32,000 nt of DNA from Schaalia odontolytica (GTDB taxonomy: Bacteria > Actinomycetota > Actinomycetes > Actinomycetales > Actinomycetaceae), in assembly GCF_005696695.1 (NCBI RefSeq), contig NZ_CP040006.1, forward strand, positions 1,320,001 through 1,352,000, given 5' to 3'. Position 1 is the first letter of the stretch. Every line of letters begins with the position of its first letter. The notes under the pieces were generated by a model. The model was not told the DNA's origin. It made no database searches and worked only from the letters and a program-made list of their open reading frames with translations. This document shows positions 1-8,283 of this stretch, in pieces. The position numbers were made by a program, and so were the translations under genes.

Positions 1-259
1 CGGCGGCGATGATCATTGCCAGCGTCGTCTTGCCGAGTCCCGGAGGGCCCGCAAGCAGGACGTGGTCGGGGCTGGCCGAACGCATCCGCGCGGCGTCAAG
101 CACGAGCTGCAGCTGGCCTCGCACGACGCGCTGGCCCACGAACTCCGAGAGCTTCTTGGGGCGCAGCGCGGCCTCGGCTGCCCGCTCGAGTTCCCCGGCG
201 TCGGGGGCCACGATGCGCATCGCATCAACGTCGAAACCGGAATCCATCTGATCAGCCAC
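1..259 (-). CDS. ruvB: Holliday junction branch-migration ATPase RuvB, N-terminal fragment (runs off the left edge)
   Basis: My reverse-strand translation from GTG 259 (alternative ATG 247) reads [17 protein letters not shown]...[11 protein letters not shown]...[20 protein letters not shown]. This is a RuvB N-terminus with a Walker A motif. The GTG overlaps the ruvA stop (GTGGCTGA). This frame is not in the ORF track because it is truncated. Confidence 0.9.
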   Translation of the reverse strand, partial: MADQMDSGFDVDAMRIVAPDAGELERAAEAALRPKKLSEFVGQRVVRGQLQLVLDAARMRSASPDHVLLAGPPGLGKTTLAMIIAA

Positions 260-875
260 GTCCGCCTCCCAGCGTCACGAGGGCGGCGCGCAGCATGTCG
301 GATGCGCCAAGACCACTGCCCGCGAGTTTCTCGACGGCCTTGGCAGCCTGAGCCTCGGACCAACCCAGTCCGACCAGGGCAGCGCTGACCTCGGAAGCCA
401 CGGCGTCCTCGGTGGGCGCGGAAGCAGTGGCGGCTTCTCCACTCGGCAGGGCTGCCGGGGTGCCCAGCTTGTCGCCGATTTCGAGGGCCATGCGCTGAGC
501 TGACTTCTTTCCCACACCGGGGATCCGCTGGAGAGCCGTGAGGTCCTGGTCGCGCACAGCGCGGCGCAGATCATCGGGACGCAGGACCGCCAATGCGGCG
601 AGCGCGATCTTCGGTCCGATGCCCGACACCGACAGCAGCTTCGTGAACACATCACGCTCGTCCGCAGACTCAAAACCGTACAGCGTCATCGAGTCTTCGC
701 GCACGATCATCGACGTGAACACGGTCATCTCCTGATCGCGCGAGGCGCCCTGCGCAAAAGCGGGCGTCACGTGCACGCGGAAGCCGATGCCTCCCACCAC
801 GATATCGATGTGGTCGAGGCCGACGCTCGCGACTGTACCGCGCAGAATGGAGATCACTGCATTCCTTTCGTTCAT
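252..875 (-). CDS. ruvA: Holliday junction DNA helicase subunit RuvA
   Basis: 207-aa ORF. It has ISILRGTV...[12 protein letters not shown] (OB-fold N-terminus), the HhH region [16 protein letters not shown] / [18 protein letters not shown], and a C-terminal domain III. It sits between ruvC and ruvB. Confidence 0.95.
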   Translation of the reverse strand: MNERNAVISILRGTVASVGLDHIDIVVGGIGFRVHVTPAFAQGASRDQEMTVFTSMIVREDSMTLYGFESADERDVFTKLLSVSGIGPKIALAALAVLRPDDLRRAVRDQDLTALQRIPGVGKKSAQRMALEIGDKLGTPAALPSGEAATASAPTEDAVASEVSAALVGLGWSEAQAAKAVEKLAGSGLGASDMLRAALVTLGGGRG

Positions 876-912
876 GGGTCACCCGCGCATGCGGGCGAAC
901 ATATGTACGATT

Positions 913-1542
913 CTAGCCGCGCCTACGCCTCGGATCGACGGCACCCGTTCGGCGTTGCGCGGCCTGGGCCTCGGCCCATGCCTTTTGGGCAGGCGTCATG
1001 GATCCGCGCGCGGTCAGGCGACCCGAGATCGAAACGGCGACCGACGAGTCCTCGGGGGCGCCGAGCAAGCCTGTCCCCCGCCACGCGTGCGTAATCGCAA
1101 TGGCAAGAGCGTCTGCGGCGTCCGCGGGCTTAGGAGCCTTGGCGAGGCCAAGGATGCGTGCGACCATCGCCTGCACCTGCGCCTTGTCCGCGTTTCCGTT
1201 ACCAGAAACGGCGGACTTCACCTCGGAGGGCGTGTGGACAGCCATCGGCAGGCCGGCACGACCGACGCATGTCATCGCCGCACCCATGACCTGCATCGTG
1301 GTGGTCACCGACTGGAGATTGTCCTGCGCGAAGACGCGTTCGATGGCGACGACCTCTGGCTCGTAGCGCTCGATGACGCTGTCGATCGCGTCCGCGATCG
1401 TGCGCAGCCGGAAGTGCGTCGCCAGGTCCTTATCGGTACGGGCGACACCGACGTACACGAGCGAGGCGCGCCGCGACGCATCGACGTCAACCACGCCGAG
1501 GCCGCAGCGCGTCAGGCCCGGGTCGATGCCCATGACGCGCAT
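913..1542 (-). CDS. ruvC: crossover junction endodeoxyribonuclease RuvC
   Basis: 209-aa ORF starting [18 protein letters not shown], with the catalytic D...E (VVAIERVF) and AADALAIAITHA motifs. Its ATG overlaps the pdxT stop by 1 nt (TGATG). Confidence 0.95.
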   Translation of the reverse strand: MRVMGIDPGLTRCGLGVVDVDASRRASLVYVGVARTDKDLATHFRLRTIADAIDSVIERYEPEVVAIERVFAQDNLQSVTTTMQVMGAAMTCVGRAGLPMAVHTPSEVKSAVSGNGNADKAQVQAMVARILGLAKAPKPADAADALAIAITHAWRGTGLLGAPEDSSVAVSISGRLTARGSMTPAQKAWAEAQAAQRRTGAVDPRRRRG

Positions 1543-2135
1543 CAGGCGCGGCCCACCATATCGACGAACATCGCGTGAATACGATCGTCTCCGCCCACCT
1601 CGGGATGGAAGGATGTTGCCATGACGTTGCCGCTGCGCACGCCGACGATCGGGCCTTCGGCGCTGTTGCCGGCGCGCGCGATGACCTCGATGCCCTCGCC
1701 CACCGATTCAACCCACGGGGCGCGAATGAACACGGCGTGGAAGGGACCTCCCTCAACGCCCTCAACGTCCAGGTCCTCCTCGTAGGAGTCGACCTGACGA
1801 CCAAAGGCGTTACGACGCACGACCATATCGAGTGCGCCGAAAGAACGCTGGTCCTCACGTCCATCCAGGATCGACGACGCGAGCATAATCATGCCCGCGC
1901 ACGTGCCGTAGACCGGCAGGCCGGAGGCGATCCGGTCGTTGAGCGTGTCAAACAGACCGAAGGAGAGCAGCAGGTTCGACATGGTCGTCGACTCGCCGCC
2001 CGGGATGACCAGGCCGTCGACCTGGTCGAGCTCAGAAACCCTGCGCACAAGCAGCGCGCGGGCGCCGGAGTTTTCCAGCGCCCGCACGTGCTCTGCGACG
2101 TCGCCCTGCAGGGCGAGAACGCCGATGGTCACCAT
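1542..2135 (-). CDS. pdxT: pyridoxal 5'-phosphate synthase glutaminase subunit PdxT
   Basis: 197-aa ORF with [13 protein letters not shown], the nucleophile context GTCAGMI and the C-terminal FHPE motif. Its start overlaps the end of pdxS (ATGGTGA). Confidence 0.95.
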   Translation of the reverse strand: MVTIGVLALQGDVAEHVRALENSGARALLVRRVSELDQVDGLVIPGGESTTMSNLLLSFGLFDTLNDRIASGLPVYGTCAGMIMLASSILDGREDQRSFGALDMVVRRNAFGRQVDSYEEDLDVEGVEGGPFHAVFIRAPWVESVGEGIEVIARAGNSAEGPIVGVRSGNVMATSFHPEVGGDDRIHAMFVDMVGRA

Positions 2136-3037
2136 CCGCGCTCCGCGAGGCGATGATCGACCGGCAGGTCGTCGACGTTGATGCCGACCATGGCCTCGCC
2201 CAGGCCACGCGAGACCTCGGCGATGACGGACGGATCGTCATAGAAGGTCGTGGCCTTGACGATGGCGGCCGCGCGCTTGGCGGGGTCGCCGGACTTGAAG
2301 ATGCCCGAGCCAACGAAGACACCCTCGGCGCCCAGCTGCATCATCATGGCAGCGTCGGCGGGCGTGGCAATGCCACCGGCCGTGAAGAGCACGACGGGGA
2401 GGCGTCCCTCGCGGGCGACCTCGGCGACGAGCTCGTAGGGGGCCTGCAGTTCCTTGGCCGCGACGTAGAGTTCGTCCTCGGGCAGGGAGGTCAGGTGGCG
2501 GATCTCGTCGCGGATCTTACGCATGTGCGTCGTCGCGTTCGAGACGTCGCCGGTACCGGCCTCGCCCTTGGAGCGGATCATGGCCGCGCCCTCGTTGATG
2601 CGGCGCAGCGCCTCACCGAGGTTGGTCGCACCGCAGACGAAGGGAACGGTGAAGTTCCACTTGTCGATGTGGTGGGTGTAGTCGGCGGGGGTCAGGACCT
2701 CGGACTCGTCGATGTAGTCGACGCCGAGGGACTGCAGAACCTGCGCCTCAACGAAGTGGCCGATGCGGGCCTTGGCCATCACGGGGATGGACACAGCCTC
2801 GATGATGCCTTCGATCAGGTCGGGGTCGGACATGCGGGCCACGCCACCCTGGGCGCGGATGTCGGCGGGGACGCGCTCGAGGGCCATGACGGCCACGGCG
2901 CCCGCGTCCTCGGCGATCTTCGCCTGCTCGGGGGTGACGACGTCCATGATGACGCCACCCTTGAGCATCTGGGCCATACCGCGCTTGACCTGCGGGGTAC
3001 CGACCTCGCGCTTAGCGGTCGAATCGCTCATGTTCAC
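2129..3037 (-). CDS. pdxS: pyridoxal 5'-phosphate synthase lyase subunit PdxS
   Basis: 302-aa ORF with [33 protein letters not shown], a highly conserved PdxS/SNZ sequence. GTG 3037 overlaps the yebC TGA (GTGA); ATG 3031 is an alternative start. Confidence 0.95.
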   Translation of the reverse strand: MNMSDSTAKREVGTPQVKRGMAQMLKGGVIMDVVTPEQAKIAEDAGAVAVMALERVPADIRAQGGVARMSDPDLIEGIIEAVSIPVMAKARIGHFVEAQVLQSLGVDYIDESEVLTPADYTHHIDKWNFTVPFVCGATNLGEALRRINEGAAMIRSKGEAGTGDVSNATTHMRKIRDEIRHLTSLPEDELYVAAKELQAPYELVAEVAREGRLPVVLFTAGGIATPADAAMMMQLGAEGVFVGSGIFKSGDPAKRAAAIVKATTFYDDPSVIAEVSRGLGEAMVGINVDDLPVDHRLAERGW

Positions 3038-3795
3038 TCCTGCTCTTCCAGCTGGGCACGAACCTCGTCCGACAGGGACATATTCGTGTAGATGTTCTGC
3101 ACGTCATCGGAGTCCTCGAGGGCGTCGATGAGCTTGTTGACCTTGAGGGCGCCCTCGAGATCGAGCTCGACCTCGGTGGAGGCGACGAACTGGACTTCGG
3201 CGGAGTCGTAGTCGATGCCGGCGTCCTGCAGGGCGGTACGCACGGCAACGACGTCCTTGGGGTCGGACTCGACGATGAAGAGCTCGCCGGCGTCCTCAAC
3301 CTCTTCGGCGCCTGCGTCCAGGACGGCCATCATGATGGATTCCTCGTCCACACCGTCGGCGGCGGGCACCTCAACGATGCCGCGACGAGAGAACAGGTAG
3401 GCCACCGAACCGGGGTCGGCCAGCGAGCCGCCATGGCGGGTGAAGCCCAGGCGAACGTCGGAGGCGGCGCGGTTGCGGTTGTCGGTCAGACACTCCACCA
3501 GGAAGGCGACGCCGTTGGGGCCGTAGCCCTCGTACATGATGGTCTCGTAGTTGGCGCCACCGGCCTCGGCACCGGAGCCGCGCTTGACGGCGCGGTCGAT
3601 GTTGTCGGCGGGAACAGAGTTCTTCTTCGCCTTCTGGATGGCGTCATACAGGGTCGGGTTGCCAGCGGGGTCGCCGCCGCCCGTGCGAGCTGCAACCTCA
3701 ATGTTCTTGATGAGGCGCGCGAAGAGCTTGCCGCGCTTGGCGTCAATAGCGGCCTTCTTGTGCTTGGTGGTCGCCCACTTAGAGTGTCCCGACAT
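3034..3795 (-). CDS. yebC: YebC/PmpR (TACO1) family DNA-binding transcriptional regulator
   Basis: [37 protein letters not shown] is the family signature. GGGAG lies 5 nt upstream of ATG 3795. The ORF-track start at GTG 3798 is one codon earlier. Confidence 0.93.
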   Translation of the reverse strand: MSGHSKWATTKHKKAAIDAKRGKLFARLIKNIEVAARTGGGDPAGNPTLYDAIQKAKKNSVPADNIDRAVKRGSGAEAGGANYETIMYEGYGPNGVAFLVECLTDNRNRAASDVRLGFTRHGGSLADPGSVAYLFSRRGIVEVPAADGVDEESIMMAVLDAGAEEVEDAGELFIVESDPKDVVAVRTALQDAGIDYDSAEVQFVASTEVELDLEGALKVNKLIDALEDSDDVQNIYTNMSLSDEVRAQLEEQE

Positions 3796-3829
3796 CACTT
3801 CTCCCTGTTGGGTGGATAGATACCGCCAT

Positions 3830-3835
3830 ATTCTA
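3830..3835 (-). promoter_or_regulatory. candidate -10 hexamer TAGAAT for the yebC-pdxST-ruvCAB operon
   Basis: The minus strand reads cgcgtTAGAATatgg about 35 nt upstream of the yebC ATG, in an otherwise GC-rich 145-bp intergenic region. There is no convincing -35 element. Sequence pattern only. Confidence 0.35.
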
Positions 3836-3943
3836 ACGCGTCTGCGGCCCCCATCCGCATCCGGGCGGGCGTCACATGGACAAACGTAAACACACTCACA
3901 GGAACGATGAACGAGGCCGGGGCCTCATCCGCGGGCACGTGAC

Positions 3944-4426
3944 CTACCGGGTGGGCGGGGTCAGCACCGTGCGCAGAGCGCAGTTCGAAGGGGCCAGATC
4001 CTCCCAGGTTCCGTCGAAGGTAAGGATGAGAGCCGTCGCGGTCGGTACGCCTCGGGCTGCCTCTCCCCGATCATTCTCGCGCGCCAGCACGTAACCGGCG
4101 CCGGAGATAGTGGGCTCGTGACCGACGATGAGTGCGCTGGTCCCCTCGAAAGTGCGCGCCAGGGTGAGGATGTCCTCCTCGTCGGCGTTATAGACACCGC
4201 GGTCGAACCAGCTATCACGAATTGACACGTGCTGGTTGATCTGAGCGAAGGTCTGCTGGGCGCGCGTCGCGTCCGAGCACACCGCGACATCGAATGCGCC
4301 GATCTCACGGGATAAGACACCGCCGAGACGCGCGGCCTGATCGACGCCCGCATGCGTGAGGGGTCGAGTGTGATCGGGGTATGAATATGCGGCCTGCGCG
4401 TGGCGAACGAGAACGAGGGTTGGCAT
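3944..4426 (-). CDS. histidine phosphatase superfamily protein, SixA-like
   Basis: MPTLVLVRHAQA....RPLT..G..QA (RHA catalytic motif) and a later IVGHEP motif. I chose the ATG 4426 start because longer versions (4459, 4510) would overlap the well-supported divergent ORF at 4458. The start is uncertain. Confidence 0.8.
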   Translation of the reverse strand: MPTLVLVRHAQAAYSYPDHTRPLTHAGVDQAARLGGVLSREIGAFDVAVCSDATRAQQTFAQINQHVSIRDSWFDRGVYNADEEDILTLARTFEGTSALIVGHEPTISGAGYVLARENDRGEAARGVPTATALILTFDGTWEDLAPSNCALRTVLTPPTR

Positions 4427-4457
4427 ACTTCCAAGCGTAACCGCAGGGGAGGACACC

Positions 4458-4691
4458 ATGGCACTGGGAGTCGAAGCCGCATCGGGCATCTGCTCGGCGC
4501 GTGAATGCACGAACGCCGCGAGCTACCGGATCGACTGGCGTAACCCTGCGATCCACCACGCCCGCACGAAGACGTGGCTCGCGTGCGAGGACCACCTGTC
4601 GTACCTGGAGAACTACTTCAAATACCGCTCGTTCCCTTTCGAGGTGTCAGCCTTCATCGCACCCGATCAGGATCCCTCTCAGGACCACTGA
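4458..4691 (+). CDS. small conserved-looking Cys/His protein (77 aa), function unknown
   Basis: A strong SD (GGGGAGGA) lies 5 nt upstream of the ATG. The composition is protein-like, not the Arg/Ala/Gly junk of mirror ORFs. Pattern C-x4-C ... W.NP..H.....K.WLAC.DH, which I recall from small actinobacterial hypothetical proteins. Its 3' end overlaps the convergent gene by 13 nt. Confidence 0.65.
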   Translation: MALGVEAASGICSARECTNAASYRIDWRNPAIHHARTKTWLACEDHLSYLENYFKYRSFPFEVSAFIAPDQDPSQDH

Positions 4692-5350
4692 TCCAGAGGC
4701 AGGTCGTTCCAGGTCAGGGCACGGAGCCCCTTCGCCAGCTCGTCGGCGCAGGCCGGGGTGAAGTCGGGCGCCCACTCGAAGGTGGACGTGCCCGTGTTCG
4801 ACATGAAGTGCTTGGAGACGAGTTCCTCGTCGATATCGGTGGACAGCCACGTGGCCAGCAGGCGCGTGAGTGCACCGTGGATGACGAACACCGCGACGGC
4901 CTCGTCCCCCGCTTGCTCGCGTGCGGCCAGGCCCACGCGGCGAACGGTCTCGAGCGAGCGGGCCAGGGCTTCGCGCCCGCTCTCGCCGCCGGGCATGCGA
5001 TTATCCAAATCCCCGGCGCACCACGACAGGGTCGTGCGCACGTAGAGCGACTGCGATGCCGGGTCGGCCGCCATTTCGAGGTCGCCAGAGCGGAGCTCGC
5101 GGATGCCGGGGTGCACCTGCGGGGTCAGCCCGTAGGCGCACGCCAGCGGGGCCGCGGTCAGCCGCGTGCGATGCAACCCGGATAGCGCGATGACGGTGGG
5201 AGGCGGCGCAACCTCAGACTCCCATCGATCCGCGAGGCGCTGGGCCTGGAGGAGTCCTTCGGGAGTCAGCCCAAGGCCGGGGCGCACCGTATCGAGCGCG
5301 CCAAGGCGATTCGCGGGGGTCTGTCCGTGCCGTACCAGCACAATCTTCAC
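4679..5350 (-). CDS. histidine phosphatase family protein (phosphoglycerate mutase-like / CobC-like)
   Basis: 223-aa ORF starting (V)KIVLVRHGQTPAN (RHG motif), with a later VFVIHGA motif. Its GTG start overlaps the glnE TGA (GTGA). Confidence 0.85.
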   Translation of the reverse strand: MKIVLVRHGQTPANRLGALDTVRPGLGLTPEGLLQAQRLADRWESEVAPPPTVIALSGLHRTRLTAAPLACAYGLTPQVHPGIRELRSGDLEMAADPASQSLYVRTTLSWCAGDLDNRMPGGESGREALARSLETVRRVGLAAREQAGDEAVAVFVIHGALTRLLATWLSTDIDEELVSKHFMSNTGTSTFEWAPDFTPACADELAKGLRALTWNDLPLDQWS

Positions 5351-8283
5351 TGCTGCTCCCAGAAAAGTCGTTCCATGACGGCGCGCGCTTTGCGTCCAGC
5401 GCGCAGCCAGTCGTCTTCGAGGGCGTTCAGCCCGCCGCTACCGTACCCGAGGATGGCTGCGAGGGCACGTAGCTCCGCGCTGTCACGAGGCAAGACGTCG
5501 AGCTTCACACCGCTCATGCGCCCGCTCGCCAGCGTGTTGGCCGCGCGAATGCGAGTGGCCATGTCCCAGGCATCAAGAAGAGTCTGCGCGTCTTGAGCGC
5601 TGATCAGCTCGTGCTCCCGGGCGCTCAGGATCGCCTGCGTCGTCGAGGGCGTACGCAGTGCGGGGTTGTTCATTCCGGCACGCATCTGGATGAGCTGGAT
5701 CGTCCACTCCACGTCCGTGAGGCCACCGGGGCCGAGCTTCACGTGGCGAGAGGGCTCGATGCCGCGCGGCAAACGCTCGTTCTCCATGCGGGCTTTCAGC
5801 AAGCGAATATCTCGCACATCCGACTCGCTCACTCCCCCATAGGCAAGCTCATCAAAAAGTTCCCGTGCAGCATCGGCGAGGCTTCCCTCACCGATCGGGC
5901 GCGCACGCACCGCCGCTTGGCGCTCCCAGGTGGAGGCCCACCGCTGCGCGTACTCACGATGCGACTCGATCGTGCGGCTCATCGGGCCGTTCTTACCCTC
6001 GGGTCGCAGGTCAAGGTCGACGACAATGCCCAGCTGGTTGGTCGCCGAGCCGAGGAGGTTCTTCACGCGGTTGACGATCGTCGTCGCGCTGGCTGCCGCC
6101 TCCGCCTCGGTGGTACACCCGACAGCCTCGTGCAGGGCAATCACGTCGGCGTCCGAGGCGTACGAGCACTCGCGTCCGCCGTAGCGGCCCATCGCGACGA
6201 ACACGACGGCCGCCCGCTGCTCGCCCCACCGCTCAGCTTCCTCCCGCTGCGCGATGGCGAGGGCTCCGAGAATTGCCGCATCCGTGGCGTCGGCGATCGC
6301 GTTCCCACGAGGATCGACGCCGTCCAGCAGGTCGCTCATCGCGCAGCGCGTCAACTCGCGGGTGCGCACGGCGCGGACGCGAGCGGCGGCCTCCGTCGCG
6401 TCGTCGTGGCGATCAATGAGGGCTGCCACTTCACGAGCGAGCCGATGCGGCTCGCGCGGCGCCAGCTCACCATCGTCGTCGAGCCAGGCTACGGCCTCGG
6501 GACGCTTGGCGAGCGCCTCTGCAATCCAGCGGGAGTTCGGAAGCATGGTCGTGAGCCTGTGGGCGGCGACGCCCGAGTCGCGCAGGAGCGCGAGGTACCA
6601 GTGCGAGTCTCCGATATCCTCGGACAGGATGCGGAAGTTCAACAGGCCCATGTCGGGGTCGGCCCCTCCGGCGAGCCACGAGATGAACACCGGAAGCAGG
6701 TGACGCTGGATCGCGGCGCGCCTGCTCGTTCCCTGTGTGAGGGCTCCAATGTGCGTGAGCGCTCCCGCCGGATCCCGGTAGCCGATAGCAGCCAGTCGGT
6801 CGCGCGCACCATCCGCGTGCAGGGACACCTCGTCCTCGCTCAGCGACGCAGTCGCGGCGATGATCGGGCGATAGAAGACGTCCTCGTGCAAAGCGCGCAC
6901 GCGAGTGCGCACCTCGTCGATAGCAGCACTGATCGACTCCGCATCCGCGAAGCGAGCGGTCCCCATCGCACGCCCGAGGACACGCAGCTCCCGGTCCTTA
7001 TCGGGAATCAGGTGCGTGCGACGCATGCGGGGCAGCTGAGTGCGGTGTTCGACAGCGCGCAGGAAGCGGTAGCACGAGGCGAGCTGTTGCGCGTCACTGC
7101 GCGCGATGTAGCCACCCTCGCGCAACGCCTCAATCGCCTCGAGCGTCGACCTCACGCGCAGGAAGGCATCGGTGCGACCGTGAACAAGCTGGAGCAGCTG
7201 AACCGTGAACTCAACGTCACGCAGGCCCCCGCGCCCGAGCTTGAGCTCACGCGACGCATGCGAACGCGAGATATTGTCCTCGACGCGACGGCGCATCGCG
7301 CGCGCCGCCTCGACGAATCCCTCGCGCGTCGCAGCGCTCCACACGTAGGGCTGTGCGGCTTCCTCAAAGGCACGCCCGACGGTCTCGTCCCCCGCACAGG
7401 CGCGCGCCTTGAGCAGCGCCTGGAACTCCCACGTCTGCGCCCACTTGTCCCAATACTGGCGGTAGGACTCGACGGTGCGCACGAGCGCTCCGTTGCGCCC
7501 CTCGGGCCGTAGGTTCGCATCAACCGTCCACAGCGGCGCTTCGGTTCCGGGTCCCGAGCAGGCGGATGCCGTCGCCGCAGCAAGGCGCGTCGCGACCTCG
7601 AGGGCCACGCGTTCATCCCCGTCTGCCCCGGCCTCGGCGACGTAGACGACGTCGACGTCGGAGATGTAGTTGAGTTCCCGTGCCCCCGTCTTACCCATCA
7701 CGATGATGGCGAAGGGGATACGCCCCTGCGGGTCGATGTCCCGCCTCGCCAGGGCAAGACCGGCCTCAAGCGTGGCGTCGACCAGGTCGGCGATGCGCCG
7801 ACCGACCTCGGGCATGAAGCCTTCAGGATCATCGCTCGTCAGGTCATCGGCGGCCAGGTACAGCAGGACCTGGCGATACGCGCCGCGCAGATCGTCCACC
7901 CGGGCGTCCTCAGAGGCGACGAAGGCGCCGCGCTCCCCTCGCGTCGCAGCCACGGACGCGAGCATCACGCGCGCAGCCTCGCCGGGATCCTCCCACGTCG
8001 ATCGAGCACGGCCGGGCTGGGCAATGATGTAATCGCCCAGCCACTGGCTGCCACCCAGGACGGCGCACAGGCGAGCGCGCGCACGCGAATCATCGACGAG
8101 TCCCCGCACGAGGCCGGAGTCCGCCTCGTGCAGACGGATCGCTGCCAGCAAGGCCTGATCGGGGTCGGCACTGGCTCCCAGGTCCGCCGCCCATACCTCG
8201 GCTCCACCCGGAAGCTCCTCGAAAAAGTCGAGGGCTCGGCGAGGGTCCAGGAATCCGGCAAACCGAAGTTCGTCAGGTGTCAC
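5347..8283 (-). CDS. glnE: bifunctional glutamine synthetase adenylyltransferase / adenylyl-removing enzyme GlnE
   Basis: Two repeated nucleotidyltransferase modules (GKTGARELNYISDVDVVYV ... GRGGLRDVEFTVQLLQLVHG, and MGRYGGRECSYASDADVIAL ... GPGGLTDVEWTIQLIQMRAG). I trimmed the start to GTG 8283, which overlaps the glnA2 TGA (GTGA). This gives 978 aa, a typical GlnE size. The ORF-track N-terminal extension lies inside glnA2. Confidence 0.9.
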   Translation of the reverse strand: MTPDELRFAGFLDPRRALDFFEELPGGAEVWAADLGASADPDQALLAAIRLHEADSGLVRGLVDDSRARARLCAVLGGSQWLGDYIIAQPGRARSTWEDPGEAARVMLASVAATRGERGAFVASEDARVDDLRGAYRQVLLYLAADDLTSDDPEGFMPEVGRRIADLVDATLEAGLALARRDIDPQGRIPFAIIVMGKTGARELNYISDVDVVYVAEAGADGDERVALEVATRLAAATASACSGPGTEAPLWTVDANLRPEGRNGALVRTVESYRQYWDKWAQTWEFQALLKARACAGDETVGRAFEEAAQPYVWSAATREGFVEAARAMRRRVEDNISRSHASRELKLGRGGLRDVEFTVQLLQLVHGRTDAFLRVRSTLEAIEALREGGYIARSDAQQLASCYRFLRAVEHRTQLPRMRRTHLIPDKDRELRVLGRAMGTARFADAESISAAIDEVRTRVRALHEDVFYRPIIAATASLSEDEVSLHADGARDRLAAIGYRDPAGALTHIGALTQGTSRRAAIQRHLLPVFISWLAGGADPDMGLLNFRILSEDIGDSHWYLALLRDSGVAAHRLTTMLPNSRWIAEALAKRPEAVAWLDDDGELAPREPHRLAREVAALIDRHDDATEAAARVRAVRTRELTRCAMSDLLDGVDPRGNAIADATDAAILGALAIAQREEAERWGEQRAAVVFVAMGRYGGRECSYASDADVIALHEAVGCTTEAEAAASATTIVNRVKNLLGSATNQLGIVVDLDLRPEGKNGPMSRTIESHREYAQRWASTWERQAAVRARPIGEGSLADAARELFDELAYGGVSESDVRDIRLLKARMENERLPRGIEPSRHVKLGPGGLTDVEWTIQLIQMRAGMNNPALRTPSTTQAILSAREHELISAQDAQTLLDAWDMATRIRAANTLASGRMSGVKLDVLPRDSAELRALAAILGYGSGGLNALEDDWLRAGRKARAVMERLFWEQQ

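Noticed and set aside
3908-3930. Short GC hairpin GAGGC-cggg-GCCTC just downstream of the SixA-like gene stop, possibly a terminator.
   Set aside because: The stem is only 5-6 bp and the downstream minus-strand T run is interrupted (gtttacgtttg). This is too weak to call as a feature.
3796-3943. SOS (LexA) box upstream of the yebC-pdxST-ruvCAB operon. I also checked TCGAAC hits at about 8391, 13529 and 24088.
   Set aside because: There is no TCGAAC-N4-GTTCGA-like palindrome in the promoter region. The TCGAAC hexamers I saw are inside coding sequence and lack the second half-site.
5593-7512. 639-aa ORF on the plus strand. Similar long mirror ORFs: 22488-24173 (561 aa), 19120-20697 (525 aa), 24336-25475 (379 aa), 11762-12886 (374 aa), 2153-3091 (312 aa), 10360-11265 (301 aa), 787-1578 (263 aa), 26691-27566 (291 aa, minus), 29852-30631 (259 aa, minus).
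   Set aside because: Each lies antisense to a gene with unmistakable family motifs (glnE, thrS, pimA/patA, FemX, glgA, pdxS, SPFH/NfeD, ruvC, paralog 1, GH13). Their translations are Arg/Gly/Ala/Asp/His-rich low-complexity strings with no recognisable motifs. This is the expected artefact of stop-codon depletion in GC3-biased DNA.
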